64,000 nt of DNA from Bacteroidota bacterium (GCA_038529705.1 JBCBDM010000001.1:3025-67024), one strand, 5' to 3'. Positions 8,201 to 17,505 are shown, numbered from the stretch's first letter. Numbers and translations are program-made. The notes: generated from the letters alone by a model not told the origin.

Positions 8201-10467
8201 TTCATTACATTTACCTGGTTCCATCGAAAGTACATCCCGTACTCAACAGAAGTGTGGTCATTGAAATCCTGTTCTAAGTTTGTTTCAGAAATACCAACGG
8301 TACCTCTACCGTCCTTTGAAAACTGAAAGGATATCCTAAAGTTTCCTGTCCCAGTACCTTCATTAGAAATAAAACCTGAATTATTAGAGGTATTGACGCC
8401 ACTTTTCACCACTTCGCCAGGGGTCGTGGACAATCTACTCTGTACCACAAAGGTGGGAATTGTGGTGCTCAGGGTTTCAAAAAAGGGTAAGCCACTGGTG
8501 CTCACACCGCTCTCTACTGGCCGTCCCAAATCGTCATAATTGGTATATGAAAATTCCTGATCGATCACCTGCTGAGAATTTCTTGAAAACCGGATCTGCC
8601 CATCACTTCTGTAGATGAACTCGGAGCTTCCTTCATCTGGTGATGAGGTATTTGTTAGCTCTCCGGCTCCGTTATAAGTAAAGGTAGTGGCCATAGTATG
8701 GTTGGGAGTTCCTGTTTCTAAATTAAAAGCAGCACTGTCAAAACCCAAGGGTTGGGTAGTAGCGGTTAAACTCCCGGCTTCGTTGTAATAATTGATGGAG
8801 AAATCATAGTAATTCACGTTGTAACGAATTCCTTTTATGGCTCCTCCTACAAGATCCCATTTAATTTGTCCGTCGGATTTAATGTGCGTTTTAGCCTGGT
8901 CGTTGAACGTTCCTCCAGCCCATTCGATCCGGTAGAAATTTCCAGGAGCCATATTACCTGGATTGGATAACTCCAAGCCCGTTCTCAAGTCGTAAACTCG
9001 ATAACCTGACCCGGCTCCTCCAAAAAGCTCATAGCCACCGGAAGCGTTTTGTGGATAATGAATATCCACATATTTTTGCTCCCCGATAAGATATACTACC
9101 TCATAGGAAGTGTTGCCGCCGGACCTTCCTATAGCCAACACTTTTCCTTCGGCATCACTAAAGGAAACCACCTCGTTACCGTGAGCATCCTGGGAAACAG
9201 TTTTATAACTTTTTAGGACCACTTCTTTCCCCAGTCCCGATATGGGACCCTCAAAATAATCCTGTCCAAATAGATAATACAATTCCTGAGCCGCGGGAAA
9301 GGTATAAGAAAATCCCTGAGGATATCTATCGAGGAAACCATCGTCCGCCCCATTTGCATTGGCATCCAGCTCCTTTCCACCCGAGGCTCCTCTAACTCCA
9401 CCTGGGTTTAATTCGTCGTAAATGGTGCGTGTGTAGGGTCTGTCCTCAGCCACATCCTGATAGGATTCCAGGGTATTGGACTCTCCGTAGTACCAGTTCA
9501 GGGTTCCGGGAAGCGGAGTCCCATCCAATAAGGGAGGATTCTCCGGATCTGCATTGAGCTGGGCCTTGGTAAGGCCATGATCATTCTCGTGTGTGATAAA
9601 ATTACTCTTATAAGAAAAATGCTCCGGTGTTCCCTCCAACGGTGCGCTAAAGGTTTGAAGCGCGGGTCTCCCTTGATAATCGTATCTAGTCTCGGAAACC
9701 CAGGTTTTATTGGTTTCATAGTCTTTGGTCTGTGATTGAGTCCCTTTCCCAAGGCGATCAAAATAATTGATCGAGGCTCCCTTTAAGGTGCCCGAATTGT
9801 CGTAGGTCTTTGCCCGAATCCAATTTCTGCTCACATCTACGGCAACCACATTCGAGTTGGCAGCCACCCCTTTAAAACCGGAATTATTGAGCGTAAATGA
9901 GAAGTTATCCGAACTGGTATACAGCGCCACTTTCCCGTTCTCCATAAAATTATCCGTGATAAGATGCTCGGTAGTATTATACGTTAATAACAGCTTATTA
10001 TTCTCTGTTTTCTCGATTCGAAAGATATCACTGGTATTGGGAGTGATATCGTTCAATCGATCGATCTCTCCCTCAGGGCCGTGGAATACAACGGCATATT
10101 TGGTTACACTGGATTCCAGATAGGGTTCCAAGGTTATGGAATAACTATTTTGATGCACGCTGGCCAGACTAAAATTGTTCTCGAACGTAAAATACATTGA
10201 AAATGTATTAAGTTCAGATTGAACGCTTAAGCTACTATTGTTGAGCATGAGACTCGTAATTTCAATAAAGCCTGTATCTATCGAATATAGCTCATCTTGC
10301 GACAACATATAGGCATTGGCATTTTGACTTAGATCACTCTCAATGGCCCCAGTTTCCGGAATCACCTGAAACGCTGTGTTCTCCTTCCAGGTCAATTGCT
10401 GACCCTGGAGAATTCCAAAATTGAACAAGATTAGATATGCTAGAGATTTTAATAGGAATGATTTCAT
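5224..10467 (-). CDS. Rhs/YD-repeat protein with Rhs-associated core and polymorphic C-terminal domain (putative toxin)
   Basis: Sec signal peptide; YD repeats; YELTDHLGNVR; core YRYAFQGQEKDDETGMEAFELRLWDARLGRWLTTDP...PYLGMGNNPISRIDPDG; ~209-aa AT-rich C-terminal domain. Confidence 0.9.
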   Translation of the reverse strand: MKSFLLKSLAYLILFNFGILQGQQLTWKENTAFQVIPETGAIESDLSQNANAYMLSQDELYSIDTGFIEITSLMLNNSSLSVQSELNTFSMYFTFENNFSLASVHQNSYSITLEPYLESSVTKYAVVFHGPEGEIDRLNDITPNTSDIFRIEKTENNKLLLTYNTTEHLITDNFMENGKVALYTSSDNFSFTLNNSGFKGVAANSNVVAVDVSRNWIRAKTYDNSGTLKGASINYFDRLGKGTQSQTKDYETNKTWVSETRYDYQGRPALQTFSAPLEGTPEHFSYKSNFITHENDHGLTKAQLNADPENPPLLDGTPLPGTLNWYYGESNTLESYQDVAEDRPYTRTIYDELNPGGVRGASGGKELDANANGADDGFLDRYPQGFSYTFPAAQELYYLFGQDYFEGPISGLGKEVVLKSYKTVSQDAHGNEVVSFSDAEGKVLAIGRSGGNTSYEVVYLIGEQKYVDIHYPQNASGGYELFGGAGSGYRVYDLRTGLELSNPGNMAPGNFYRIEWAGGTFNDQAKTHIKSDGQIKWDLVGGAIKGIRYNVNYYDFSINYYNEAGSLTATTQPLGFDSAAFNLETGTPNHTMATTFTYNGAGELTNTSSPDEGSSEFIYRSDGQIRFSRNSQQVIDQEFSYTNYDDLGRPVESGVSTSGLPFFETLSTTIPTFVVQSRLSTTPGEVVKSGVNTSNNSGFISNEGTGTGNFRISFQFSKDGRGTVGISETNLEQDFNDHTSVEYGMYFRWNQVNVMNYGAGLTKSATIYDENDVFQIERIGQNVYFKKNDQTFYTLSLAATTPSYLIDGQLFQTGSVVSNIQLEELDANFIPAPPSIDDWVVDPATCAEQVFTVYDVKDTQGLHDVLYPGNLGFGVGELRVQQHLTGNVSKTYTKNPETTTTWYSYDVYGRVEWIVQHVNGLGAKTLDYEYDESTGEVTKVLYQKGEATERFTHKYQYNDIGQLKIVETSRDNINYMEHARYTYYKSGELKRIILAQGLQGIDYVYTLDGRLKSINNSDLSANDPGNDTNNAFGLILDYYEKDYSRNSVAIGSSPSGYNRFDGNIKGTRWATQGLNTPGTQNGYLYQYNGNKWLSAATFGSVNGNIYTSGATPDFSVSGLTYDPNGNIQSLTRTREYTSGGNVMDNLQYNYLPNSNQLGHVDDTSGNTAENGDIKDQNSGNYVYNSIGQLIENVQDQLGYSYYTNGLVKSVYSTITNDPQRVEFYYNDRGHRVEKRFIDSNNDPISTFYVRDISGQVLAIHTLDPDGGGDSGMTSELEFPIYGASRLGVGDDAGIYKYELTDHLGNVRGVIMRDFSPQIVYEEDFASNIVSMPPWHGFTGTNVTATNEELRADVPSVQAKNGIYLSFNTVAHRSYSISFDLGLISANSLSYGVSTNTVFQNPNVTSQGGSITFQYTSLMGGPVNLYFGLNNDGAISWTNIYTIDNVVITDISTNNTPIMLAYKDYYPFGMPMPERNQEGEYRYAFQGQEKDDETGMEAFELRLWDARLGRWLTTDPAKQHFSPYLGMGNNPISRIDPDGGMDCPDPPCYGRIIKNFFKNLFTFGGFADSEQELIENQQTKQFVSDTADELRENGLRRVKESLEVSANGQIRLSVGNQIAGDIEGVGGFEAGHHSAVLFDLDVDLSFNIIDGFENNSELYYLNDDTQRLVHRVGYDVLAGFSVETVDNLTRYDNSLINSTTTMSEKMLLIQASQDTNNNVNLFGIGSGISIGAFFVADINGGIYLRNRR

Positions 10468-10491
10468 AATAGCTTATTTTCAAATTGGAAA

Positions 10492-13400
10492 CTACTGCTC
10501 TATACAGTTAGTACAGTTAAAACTTGTGTGAACTTTTTCAACTTCTATGTCCTGAATGGTTGGATAATTCACCATATCCCGTACCGTACAAATGAACTTT
10601 ACTCCGTAATTAGTACTAGGATCACAAATGGCCTGGGCCGGCCCAATGATAAACAACTCAGACATAGATGCACTGCCACCTTCATCTTCAATTTCACCAA
10701 TGAAGTTTCGGGGCGCCAACTCTATTCCTCCATCCATATAGGCCCATTCCCAGGTATATCTAAACTCATCTGAGGCGCTCTCAACATGCACTAAGTGAGT
10801 AAGGTTGGTGTCCGGACCATTCTCATAACACAGATCTATGTTCAATTGATTGAGTATCACCGAAATCTCTGTGATCGGGTCCGGATCTCCTGAACAAGTA
10901 CCGGTGAAAGTAGGGTCATAATTGTCGCTTATCGTCAATGATTGTCCTAAAGTAGCGTAGCACTCATTATCCACTGCTGTTATGGTAACTGTGGCAGCCC
11001 CCTGACCGTTGGAAGGCCCCGGGACATAGGCTACTTCAAAGACTGGGTCTTGATTGGCCGCGGTGATCGTAAAAGATCCTGATCCCGGAACCCCATTCAC
11101 CAATAAGGTTGCCGTACCATCGCCTCCGGTTTGGTTTTGTACCGCATAGGTCACTGTGGTTCCAATGGGTCCTCTCAAAACCCCGGAAGAGGGCCCAAGT
11201 CCAACACAGCTCGAGAAGTCGTCAAAGTAAACAGGCTCTGGCTGACAACCTCCACCTCCTCCAGAAGATCCATCCAGGCCTCTTTGATAATTGTACTTGT
11301 ATTCCACGGCCTTCTTGAACCCTCCGGTAATAGAAGCCGTGTTGGCGGTTTCCTGATACACCCGAATGAGTTTTCCTGAGGCGTCATATTGATACTTTGT
11401 CGCCAAATTATTAGGTCCTAAGATGAAGGTAAGCTCGTCTTTGTCATTATAAACATAAGAGGTCATGGAAGAAGCCACGGGAAGTATTCTAAAGTCATCG
11501 ATAAAGATATCCCCGGCTTCCGAAGTCACCAGAATGATCTGGTTACTGTTTGTTTGCGCCTGGCTGATATCAAAATAATGGTTCATCAACACCCAATTCC
11601 CGGCGGTAGTACGTTCCCCATTGAAATTTTCAAGTGCACCAGTCCATCCCATCTTGATACGGGCCTTCGTATAATTATCCTTGTGGATCCAGGCCGAGAT
11701 TTTGTATTCCCCAGCTCTAAATTGATTGGCTCTCAAGACCGTTCCAAAAGTGGTGGAAACACTGTTTCCGCCCGGACCAATTTTCACAGAATACTCACCG
11801 GTATGGGATTTCTCATCCGTCTGGAAATTTAACCCAAATACATCATGATCCAGGTAGTTATCTCCAGGAAGGTTATCATACTCCGCACTGGTATAGATCG
11901 CCTCGCCATATCGGGCATTAGAGGTTAACAATACCTTACTCTCTTTATCAGTAGTTCGAGTAGTTGCATAATTATTGTTGATATCCTTGACCTCCAATAC
12001 CTCAGAAAAGTGATTGTATTTGGTAATGGTAGATACTTTCTTCCAGGGGTTGGGTTGATTGGCGCCTACAGCCCAATTAAATCCGTCATCATTGGAAGTA
12101 TCAAATCCAACCAGTCGCCCGTTGGCATCGATATCTCCATCCCAGATGTAGGTTCTGTCTTTTCGCCACACCTTTTTGTTATTGCTAGACTCCTGAGGCT
12201 CATCTATTCCTCGGTAATCGGTATAGATCCAGTTATTGCTCCAGGTGGTAATACCTACTCCAATAGGCCTCCAGGTTCCGTTATCGTCTACAAAGGAATA
12301 ATTGGCCGCATTTTGGGTAAGCATATTCCTATTGTGTACGTTAGCAACTTTGCTCCCCATGTCTGGATATTTTTGATAAGCCGGAACGTTCACCGTTTTG
12401 TAAAGAACTCCTTTACTGTCCTTAGTTATGATCTCATCGGACATTCCATTGACGGGGTTAAACTGTGTGAATTCAGATTCCTGCGCTACTCCATTGGAAA
12501 TACTAGTAGTCGATTTCAAAAGATTGGGATATTTAATTCTAGTTGAAGAATTGACAATCCATTTATCGGTTTTGGTAGCATCTGAATAATCAACCGACTT
12601 ATAAGTTTGATAGGACTCTTTGGTCATACCCACAAGACTCGGCGTTTCCTCAGGGCTGAAGTATTCGTTCTTGGTGATTTGAACGGGTTGATTCTCGGAA
12701 TTATAGGTTTTTACTTCCAACAATTGACCAATAGAAGCCAAATTATCCTTTACGGTAAAATTGGAAATATTAACCTCTTTGTTCGCTGTAGAATTGGTAA
12801 AGGTTGTGGTAAAATCGGTATCGATTTCATAGAAATTTCCAAATTCAGCCGTCCCGGTTCGATCCTTTAAGACATTAAACTTATAAACCGTCTTTCCATG
12901 GACTACGTCATCGTCTCCAACAGATTTGGTGGTGACATATTCGTACATCACCTTTGGCGAAGGCAACTCTGCACTATACGGTACTTCTTCCTCGAGTTCA
13001 TGTGCAAATGGAATATAGCTCACGTACCCAATTCCATCTTCGTTTTCACCGTATTTGTATTCTGTTTTATAACTGGTGGATCCATCCTCGGTGGCAATTT
13101 GCGTTACACGCACACCACCTCCTTTTAGTACCTTATTTGCCGTATTGAACCTGACTTCGGTTCCCCGATAGAACTTTTCAAAGTAGTGAGAATTAGGACC
13201 ATTCAGATATGATTCTATCAAAGGTATGTTCGTTGCAGACCCTCCATACTCCAGCGTCATATCATTGTCAAAAGTTACTTCGTAACGATTGATTCCCAGC
13301 GCTGTTGTCACCGTGGCCCAACCATTATAACCGGACAAAACACCTTGTCCATTTAACGGAGGATACTTCCCCTCATAATTTACCCATACCTTATCTCCAA

Positions 13401-16302
13401 CATTCAATACCAAATTTGCATTGGACTGTATCTCCAACTTCTTGTTGGAAACATCATTGATATGGGAGTAGGTAGGATAGGTAGAAGTGTAAATTCCTTT
13501 GGTATAATTGGTGAAATAGAAGTTGTGGTCGACCGCCGAATAGTGTTCGTGCTGATCATAATCTATCTTGATCTTTCCCCCCTGAGGTGTTTGAATTTCA
13601 TTAAGCGACCATAATGAATTATCATGGGTAAAATAACCCCATTCGTCTTTCTTATTGATATCCCAGATATATGAGAGGTCATTGTATTTGAATTTATAGG
13701 AAGGAACCGTTTGCACCCCTCCTTTTCCTTTAAATACGACTTTGCTAAGTCCCGACTTATTATTCTGATAAACCAGAGGTTCATAAAGCATATCGATCAC
13801 CTTCAAGGCCTTATCGTACAGCTCAGAATCCATATCCACCTTATTGATGGTATTAGATCTGTAATTATATCTGGCACTTACATTCTCTTTAACCGAATTG
13901 TTATACTTAACGTTTACGGTTGAATATGTGCCACTCTCTCCCGGACCATGTGTAGTTACGGCCGTGGCGTCTTCATTCTTCAAAAGTAAAACCTCTGCCA
14001 GACGCAATTGTTTTTGAGCAGGAATGGTAAATCTCGCTACATAGTCTGCATTGGTTTGATTTACATTGGCATGAACCACAGATCTGTACGTCCATGCTTC
14101 TGATTCCTCATGAGGGCTTTCCTCTTTTACAAATACTGCTGTATGTGTCCTCGTAGAAACTGTGTTTAAGTAGAACAGCTCTTTTCTACCGCGAATCCAG
14201 GTTTTCGTTCCTGAATTTTCATCGCTCTCACTTTCTATATAATCTTTGTCGTATGGGTTTTTCCAAACAAATGCTTCACTCCACTTTCCATAGGAGAAAC
14301 TTGTCCAATATCCATAATCCCCTTGATTGGCAATACCATCGTTATTCTCATCAATATAATCCGGTCCTGTGACTGCGGTTAACAACCAATGGGTGGCGTA
14401 GGGTTCAAGCTGTCGTTTTTCAAAGTAAGATTCATCTTCCTCTTTGGGTATTTCATCATTACCTTCTTTGATAATTCCGAACGTTCTGGTAATTATTTCC
14501 TCGTTATACACAGGTAAGGAATAATGGAACGTTTTACCATCGGCAGCGGTTATCTTAAAAGCACCAATTCCGTTTCTTGGTTTAGTGCTTCTATCAAAAG
14601 TGCTCGTGGTAACGTCCGCGTTAAGATATCCTTCGCTTTTGATCGTAGTGTAATTATCGAGAATATCTCCATTGGTATAGTACTCAATATAATTTGATGT
14701 TGTTCTTCGATCTTCTCCAGCCAGCTGAACCCCATTCGAATAATAGTCTTCTATGTCATTGAAATTTCCTGAACTGAAGAAATTCGCTGAACTCACATCG
14801 GCATCCAAATAGGAACTAATCTCGTTGTCGAAATAGAAATTGGGACGGTCGTCGAACTTGGCGAAATCCGGAATAGCTCCTAAGCCATCAATTTCGTAGC
14901 CCAACGTATACCCTTGATCATTTTCTTTTCCATCCAATCCAAACAGGGCTCCATTTTCAAAAATGCGTGGAGAAATATTTCCAGAAATTCCTTGTGCTTG
15001 AACATTGAACTTATCGAAATTAGGGAAGGTCAAGTTATTCGTAGCTGCATCGGTCGTCTTGGCCATCAAGGGTGAAATTTCATGGATGTCCATAAATGAC
15101 TCCGGGCCCTGGATTTGGCGTAAGGTGCAGTAACAACCATAGGGGTCGCCAGGAGGATCCTCAGTTGCCGCTTTAAAATCCAATGCCTCGTTGTAATCAT
15201 TGGTAACGAGATAACCGCAAATTTCCGGACCATCAACGGGATCATCGCTAATACACTCTACTTCCCAGAGTTGACCATTGCTTACGCCATCATAAAAATA
15301 GAGTGGTCCTTCTATATGGTTCTTGTCGACTTGTCCTAAATAATATCGAATACGTTGTTTCCCAAAGGATAAACTAAATACGCCTATAGGTGTTGGTACA
15401 TATAGCGGAATATTAAATCCACTACTTTTCACCGTATAGTCTCCCATACTTACCGAGTTGTTAAATGAGGTACTCAAGCCAACTCCGCCCCCAGTAACCG
15501 TATTTCTAATCGATCCCGAAATACCAACTCCCGATGAGGAAAAACTTACTCCCAGGGATCCTGTTAGTTTATTACCTATTCTATCGGTAATTCCAAACGA
15601 ATAACTTCCCTGATTACTGAAACCAATGGAGAATCCTTCACCATTGCTGTTAAACCCAATGGATCCGCTAACGTTCCCATTGGTTGAAATACTGGCTCCA
15701 AGAGATAATTGACCACTCTGTCCTCCAATACCGGCAGAAATTCCAACGGAGGCCCCGTCTGTTCCAATTTCCCCTTCAATACCAATACCTCCTCCTAAAC
15801 CAATTCCAACACTTACAGATCCTCCCAAACTTCGGTGACTTCCCCAGGATAAACCCACACCTACCGAGACTCCGTTCGAATACCCAACAGATAGCGAATA
15901 CATACTTTGCGTTCCTCCTTCATCATAGAAGAATTCTGTTAAGAGAGCACTATTGTAATCGTCCGGATAACCGTTAATGTTTCTATTAATAGCTCCGGGA
16001 TTTAAGTTCCAGCCCAGTCCGGTCCAGGATGCCTCCTGATCCATGGCTATACCAGAATGATATGCCAATGCCAATGGGTAACCCCCTTCCGGACTGGGAA
16101 CATTTAACAAGGGTAAGACATATGTGAAGTCCCCAGTGGCCAAATTCACCATGTCCGTGGCATCCACCGGTTCGAAACTTGCCGCCTCAGGAGCGTTGGG
16201 TCCATTATTATTTGCCAACAAATAATTGTAGGGAACAAAGGTTTGAAGGAAATTCAAAATTAGAAAAACAGCTATGACTCGGTGTTTTGGCTTAATTTTC
16301 AT
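10492..16302 (-). CDS. Giant YD-repeat protein with TcB/SpvB/DUF6531-like N-terminus (putative Rhs shell partner)
   Basis: Signal peptide; DMVNLATGDFTYVLPLL..PSPEGGYPLALAYHSG...ASWTGLGWNL; YD-type strands (TSYVYNDKDEL, TKYQYDASGKLIRVY); no Rhs core; Cys-rich C-terminal extension. Confidence 0.7.
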   Translation of the reverse strand: MKIKPKHRVIAVFLILNFLQTFVPYNYLLANNNGPNAPEAASFEPVDATDMVNLATGDFTYVLPLLNVPSPEGGYPLALAYHSGIAMDQEASWTGLGWNLNPGAINRNINGYPDDYNSALLTEFFYDEGGTQSMYSLSVGYSNGVSVGVGLSWGSHRSLGGSVSVGIGLGGGIGIEGEIGTDGASVGISAGIGGQSGQLSLGASISTNGNVSGSIGFNSNGEGFSIGFSNQGSYSFGITDRIGNKLTGSLGVSFSSSGVGISGSIRNTVTGGGVGLSTSFNNSVSMGDYTVKSSGFNIPLYVPTPIGVFSLSFGKQRIRYYLGQVDKNHIEGPLYFYDGVSNGQLWEVECISDDPVDGPEICGYLVTNDYNEALDFKAATEDPPGDPYGCYCTLRQIQGPESFMDIHEISPLMAKTTDAATNNLTFPNFDKFNVQAQGISGNISPRIFENGALFGLDGKENDQGYTLGYEIDGLGAIPDFAKFDDRPNFYFDNEISSYLDADVSSANFFSSGNFNDIEDYYSNGVQLAGEDRRTTSNYIEYYTNGDILDNYTTIKSEGYLNADVTTSTFDRSTKPRNGIGAFKITAADGKTFHYSLPVYNEEIITRTFGIIKEGNDEIPKEEDESYFEKRQLEPYATHWLLTAVTGPDYIDENNDGIANQGDYGYWTSFSYGKWSEAFVWKNPYDKDYIESESDENSGTKTWIRGRKELFYLNTVSTRTHTAVFVKEESPHEESEAWTYRSVVHANVNQTNADYVARFTIPAQKQLRLAEVLLLKNEDATAVTTHGPGESGTYSTVNVKYNNSVKENVSARYNYRSNTINKVDMDSELYDKALKVIDMLYEPLVYQNNKSGLSKVVFKGKGGVQTVPSYKFKYNDLSYIWDINKKDEWGYFTHDNSLWSLNEIQTPQGGKIKIDYDQHEHYSAVDHNFYFTNYTKGIYTSTYPTYSHINDVSNKKLEIQSNANLVLNVGDKVWVNYEGKYPPLNGQGVLSGYNGWATVTTALGINRYEVTFDNDMTLEYGGSATNIPLIESYLNGPNSHYFEKFYRGTEVRFNTANKVLKGGGVRVTQIATEDGSTSYKTEYKYGENEDGIGYVSYIPFAHELEEEVPYSAELPSPKVMYEYVTTKSVGDDDVVHGKTVYKFNVLKDRTGTAEFGNFYEIDTDFTTTFTNSTANKEVNISNFTVKDNLASIGQLLEVKTYNSENQPVQITKNEYFSPEETPSLVGMTKESYQTYKSVDYSDATKTDKWIVNSSTRIKYPNLLKSTTSISNGVAQESEFTQFNPVNGMSDEIITKDSKGVLYKTVNVPAYQKYPDMGSKVANVHNRNMLTQNAANYSFVDDNGTWRPIGVGITTWSNNWIYTDYRGIDEPQESSNNKKVWRKDRTYIWDGDIDANGRLVGFDTSNDDGFNWAVGANQPNPWKKVSTITKYNHFSEVLEVKDINNNYATTRTTDKESKVLLTSNARYGEAIYTSAEYDNLPGDNYLDHDVFGLNFQTDEKSHTGEYSVKIGPGGNSVSTTFGTVLRANQFRAGEYKISAWIHKDNYTKARIKMGWTGALENFNGERTTAGNWVLMNHYFDISQAQTNSNQIILVTSEAGDIFIDDFRILPVASSMTSYVYNDKDELTFILGPNNLATKYQYDASGKLIRVYQETANTASITGGFKKAVEYKYNYQRGLDGSSGGGGGCQPEPVYFDDFSSCVGLGPSSGVLRGPIGTTVTYAVQNQTGGDGTATLLVNGVPGSGSFTITAANQDPVFEVAYVPGPSNGQGAATVTITAVDNECYATLGQSLTISDNYDPTFTGTCSGDPDPITEISVILNQLNIDLCYENGPDTNLTHLVHVESASDEFRYTWEWAYMDGGIELAPRNFIGEIEDEGGSASMSELFIIGPAQAICDPSTNYGVKFICTVRDMVNYPTIQDIEVEKVHTSFNCTNCIEQ

Positions 16303-16352
16303 ACTTCACTAGTATTTAGTAGTTTTTATTCTGTTTATTGAAAAAGAGGAAA

Positions 16353-16964
16353 TCATATATCAAATTGCAACATGGGCTCATCTTTTATTTTGCGCACGCT
16401 CATCTTGAATTTCACTTCTCCGGTTTTCACTCCGATATCCTCTATAGACAAGGTTAGTTCTCCATTGTCTTTGACTACTTCGTCCCTGGGAAACACAAGT
16501 AACATGGATGTAGCATGGGTCATTCCATACATCCTAGGATATACATAGTCTTTCATGTTTATAGTATCTTTATTTTTATTGTAGAGGTGTATTTTTTGGT
16601 CCATTCCGAAGGACAATTGATTCACCATAGCGCCAAACTCGTGTCTATTGCTGGGAACAGCACTTAAAAGCTCCCTACCATTTTTAGACAGACTTAAATT
16701 GAAGTAGACATTCTCTTGATAGAATGCACGTAATGAATCTATACTAGCCTTTGTAGAAACGCCCTCTAATTCTTGAATGACCGTAAGATCAACAGGCCGA
16801 TACATCAAAGAAATCTCCACCCCATTCACTTGCTTCTTTTGCAGATATCCGTTCTCAGGATCGCTGATATAGGATAGTAGTTCTTCTTTGGTATCAAAGC
16901 TCTTTTGCTGACAACCTGTAGCGAAAATGGCTAGTACAAATAAAATCAAATAGGCTCCCCTCAT
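16353..16964 (-). CDS. Hypothetical lipoprotein co-transcribed with the Rhs genes
   Basis: Probable start MRGAYLILFVLAIFATGC (lipobox) at 16964, 7 bp after the ompH stop; the ORF-track extension to 17072 overlaps ompH and is unlikely. Confidence 0.7.
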   Translation of the reverse strand: MRGAYLILFVLAIFATGCQQKSFDTKEELLSYISDPENGYLQKKQVNGVEISLMYRPVDLTVIQELEGVSTKASIDSLRAFYQENVYFNLSLSKNGRELLSAVPSNRHEFGAMVNQLSFGMDQKIHLYNKNKDTINMKDYVYPRMYGMTHATSMLLVFPRDEVVKDNGELTLSIEDIGVKTGEVKFKMSVRKIKDEPMLQFDI

Positions 16965-16971
16965 ATTCAAT

Positions 16972-17505
16972 CTATTTGGCGTTGAATTCTTTGTTGAGAC
17001 CCTCCAAGACCTCATCGGTGAGATCGGAGACATCGTCTGCATACATGATATTGCCCCCACCGCTAGCACCAAAAATCACTTTGTAATTGTGCTTTTTCCC
17101 ATACTCCTTTACAAAGTCGTTGATGTCATTCACTACCGTTTGGGTAGCCTTTTGGTCTTCCTCCTGGATTTGCTTTTGGATAGCCTGTTGGTATTGGCCA
17201 ATTTGCTGCTGTTTGTTGCTCAGCAATTCCTGCTTCAACTCCAGCTCTTTTTTAGTCATGGATGCCCGTTCTTTTTCGTAGGTCTTTAGTTCTTCCTGCC
17301 AATTCCCTATCAAACTATCCACATTGGCTTGCAGTTGTTGCGCCTTAGTTTCGAACTTGGATTTTTCCACTTTGGTACGCGCATATCCGTCCACCAATTT
17401 GTTGACGTCTACGTATACGAGTTCTGAAGAGGATTGGAAGTAAAAAAAAGAAAAAACGGTAGCTGCTAAGGCTAAAATTGAAACGGGTAATGCTAGTTTA
17501 TTCAT
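16972..17505 (-). CDS. ompH: OmpH/Skp family periplasmic chaperone
   Basis: YVDVNKL motif, long Gln/Lys/Glu coiled coil, C-terminal YKVIFG...IMYAD...DLTDEVLEGLN; probable start MNKLAL at 17505. Confidence 0.85.
   Translation of the reverse strand: MNKLALPVSILALAATVFSFFYFQSSSELVYVDVNKLVDGYARTKVEKSKFETKAQQLQANVDSLIGNWQEELKTYEKERASMTKKELELKQELLSNKQQQIGQYQQAIQKQIQEEDQKATQTVVNDINDFVKEYGKKHNYKVIFGASGGGNIMYADDVSDLTDEVLEGLNKEFNAK

Noticed and set aside
5224-16302. T6SS (T6SSiii) effector locus or canonical Tc toxin
   Set aside because: No PAAR, VgrG, Hcp, Tss or TcA genes are seen, and both proteins carry Sec-type signal peptides, unlike T6SS effectors.
16965-17072. Long N-terminal extension of the 239-aa ORF
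   Set aside because: Overlaps ompH; the lipoprotein signal starting at 16964 is a much better start.
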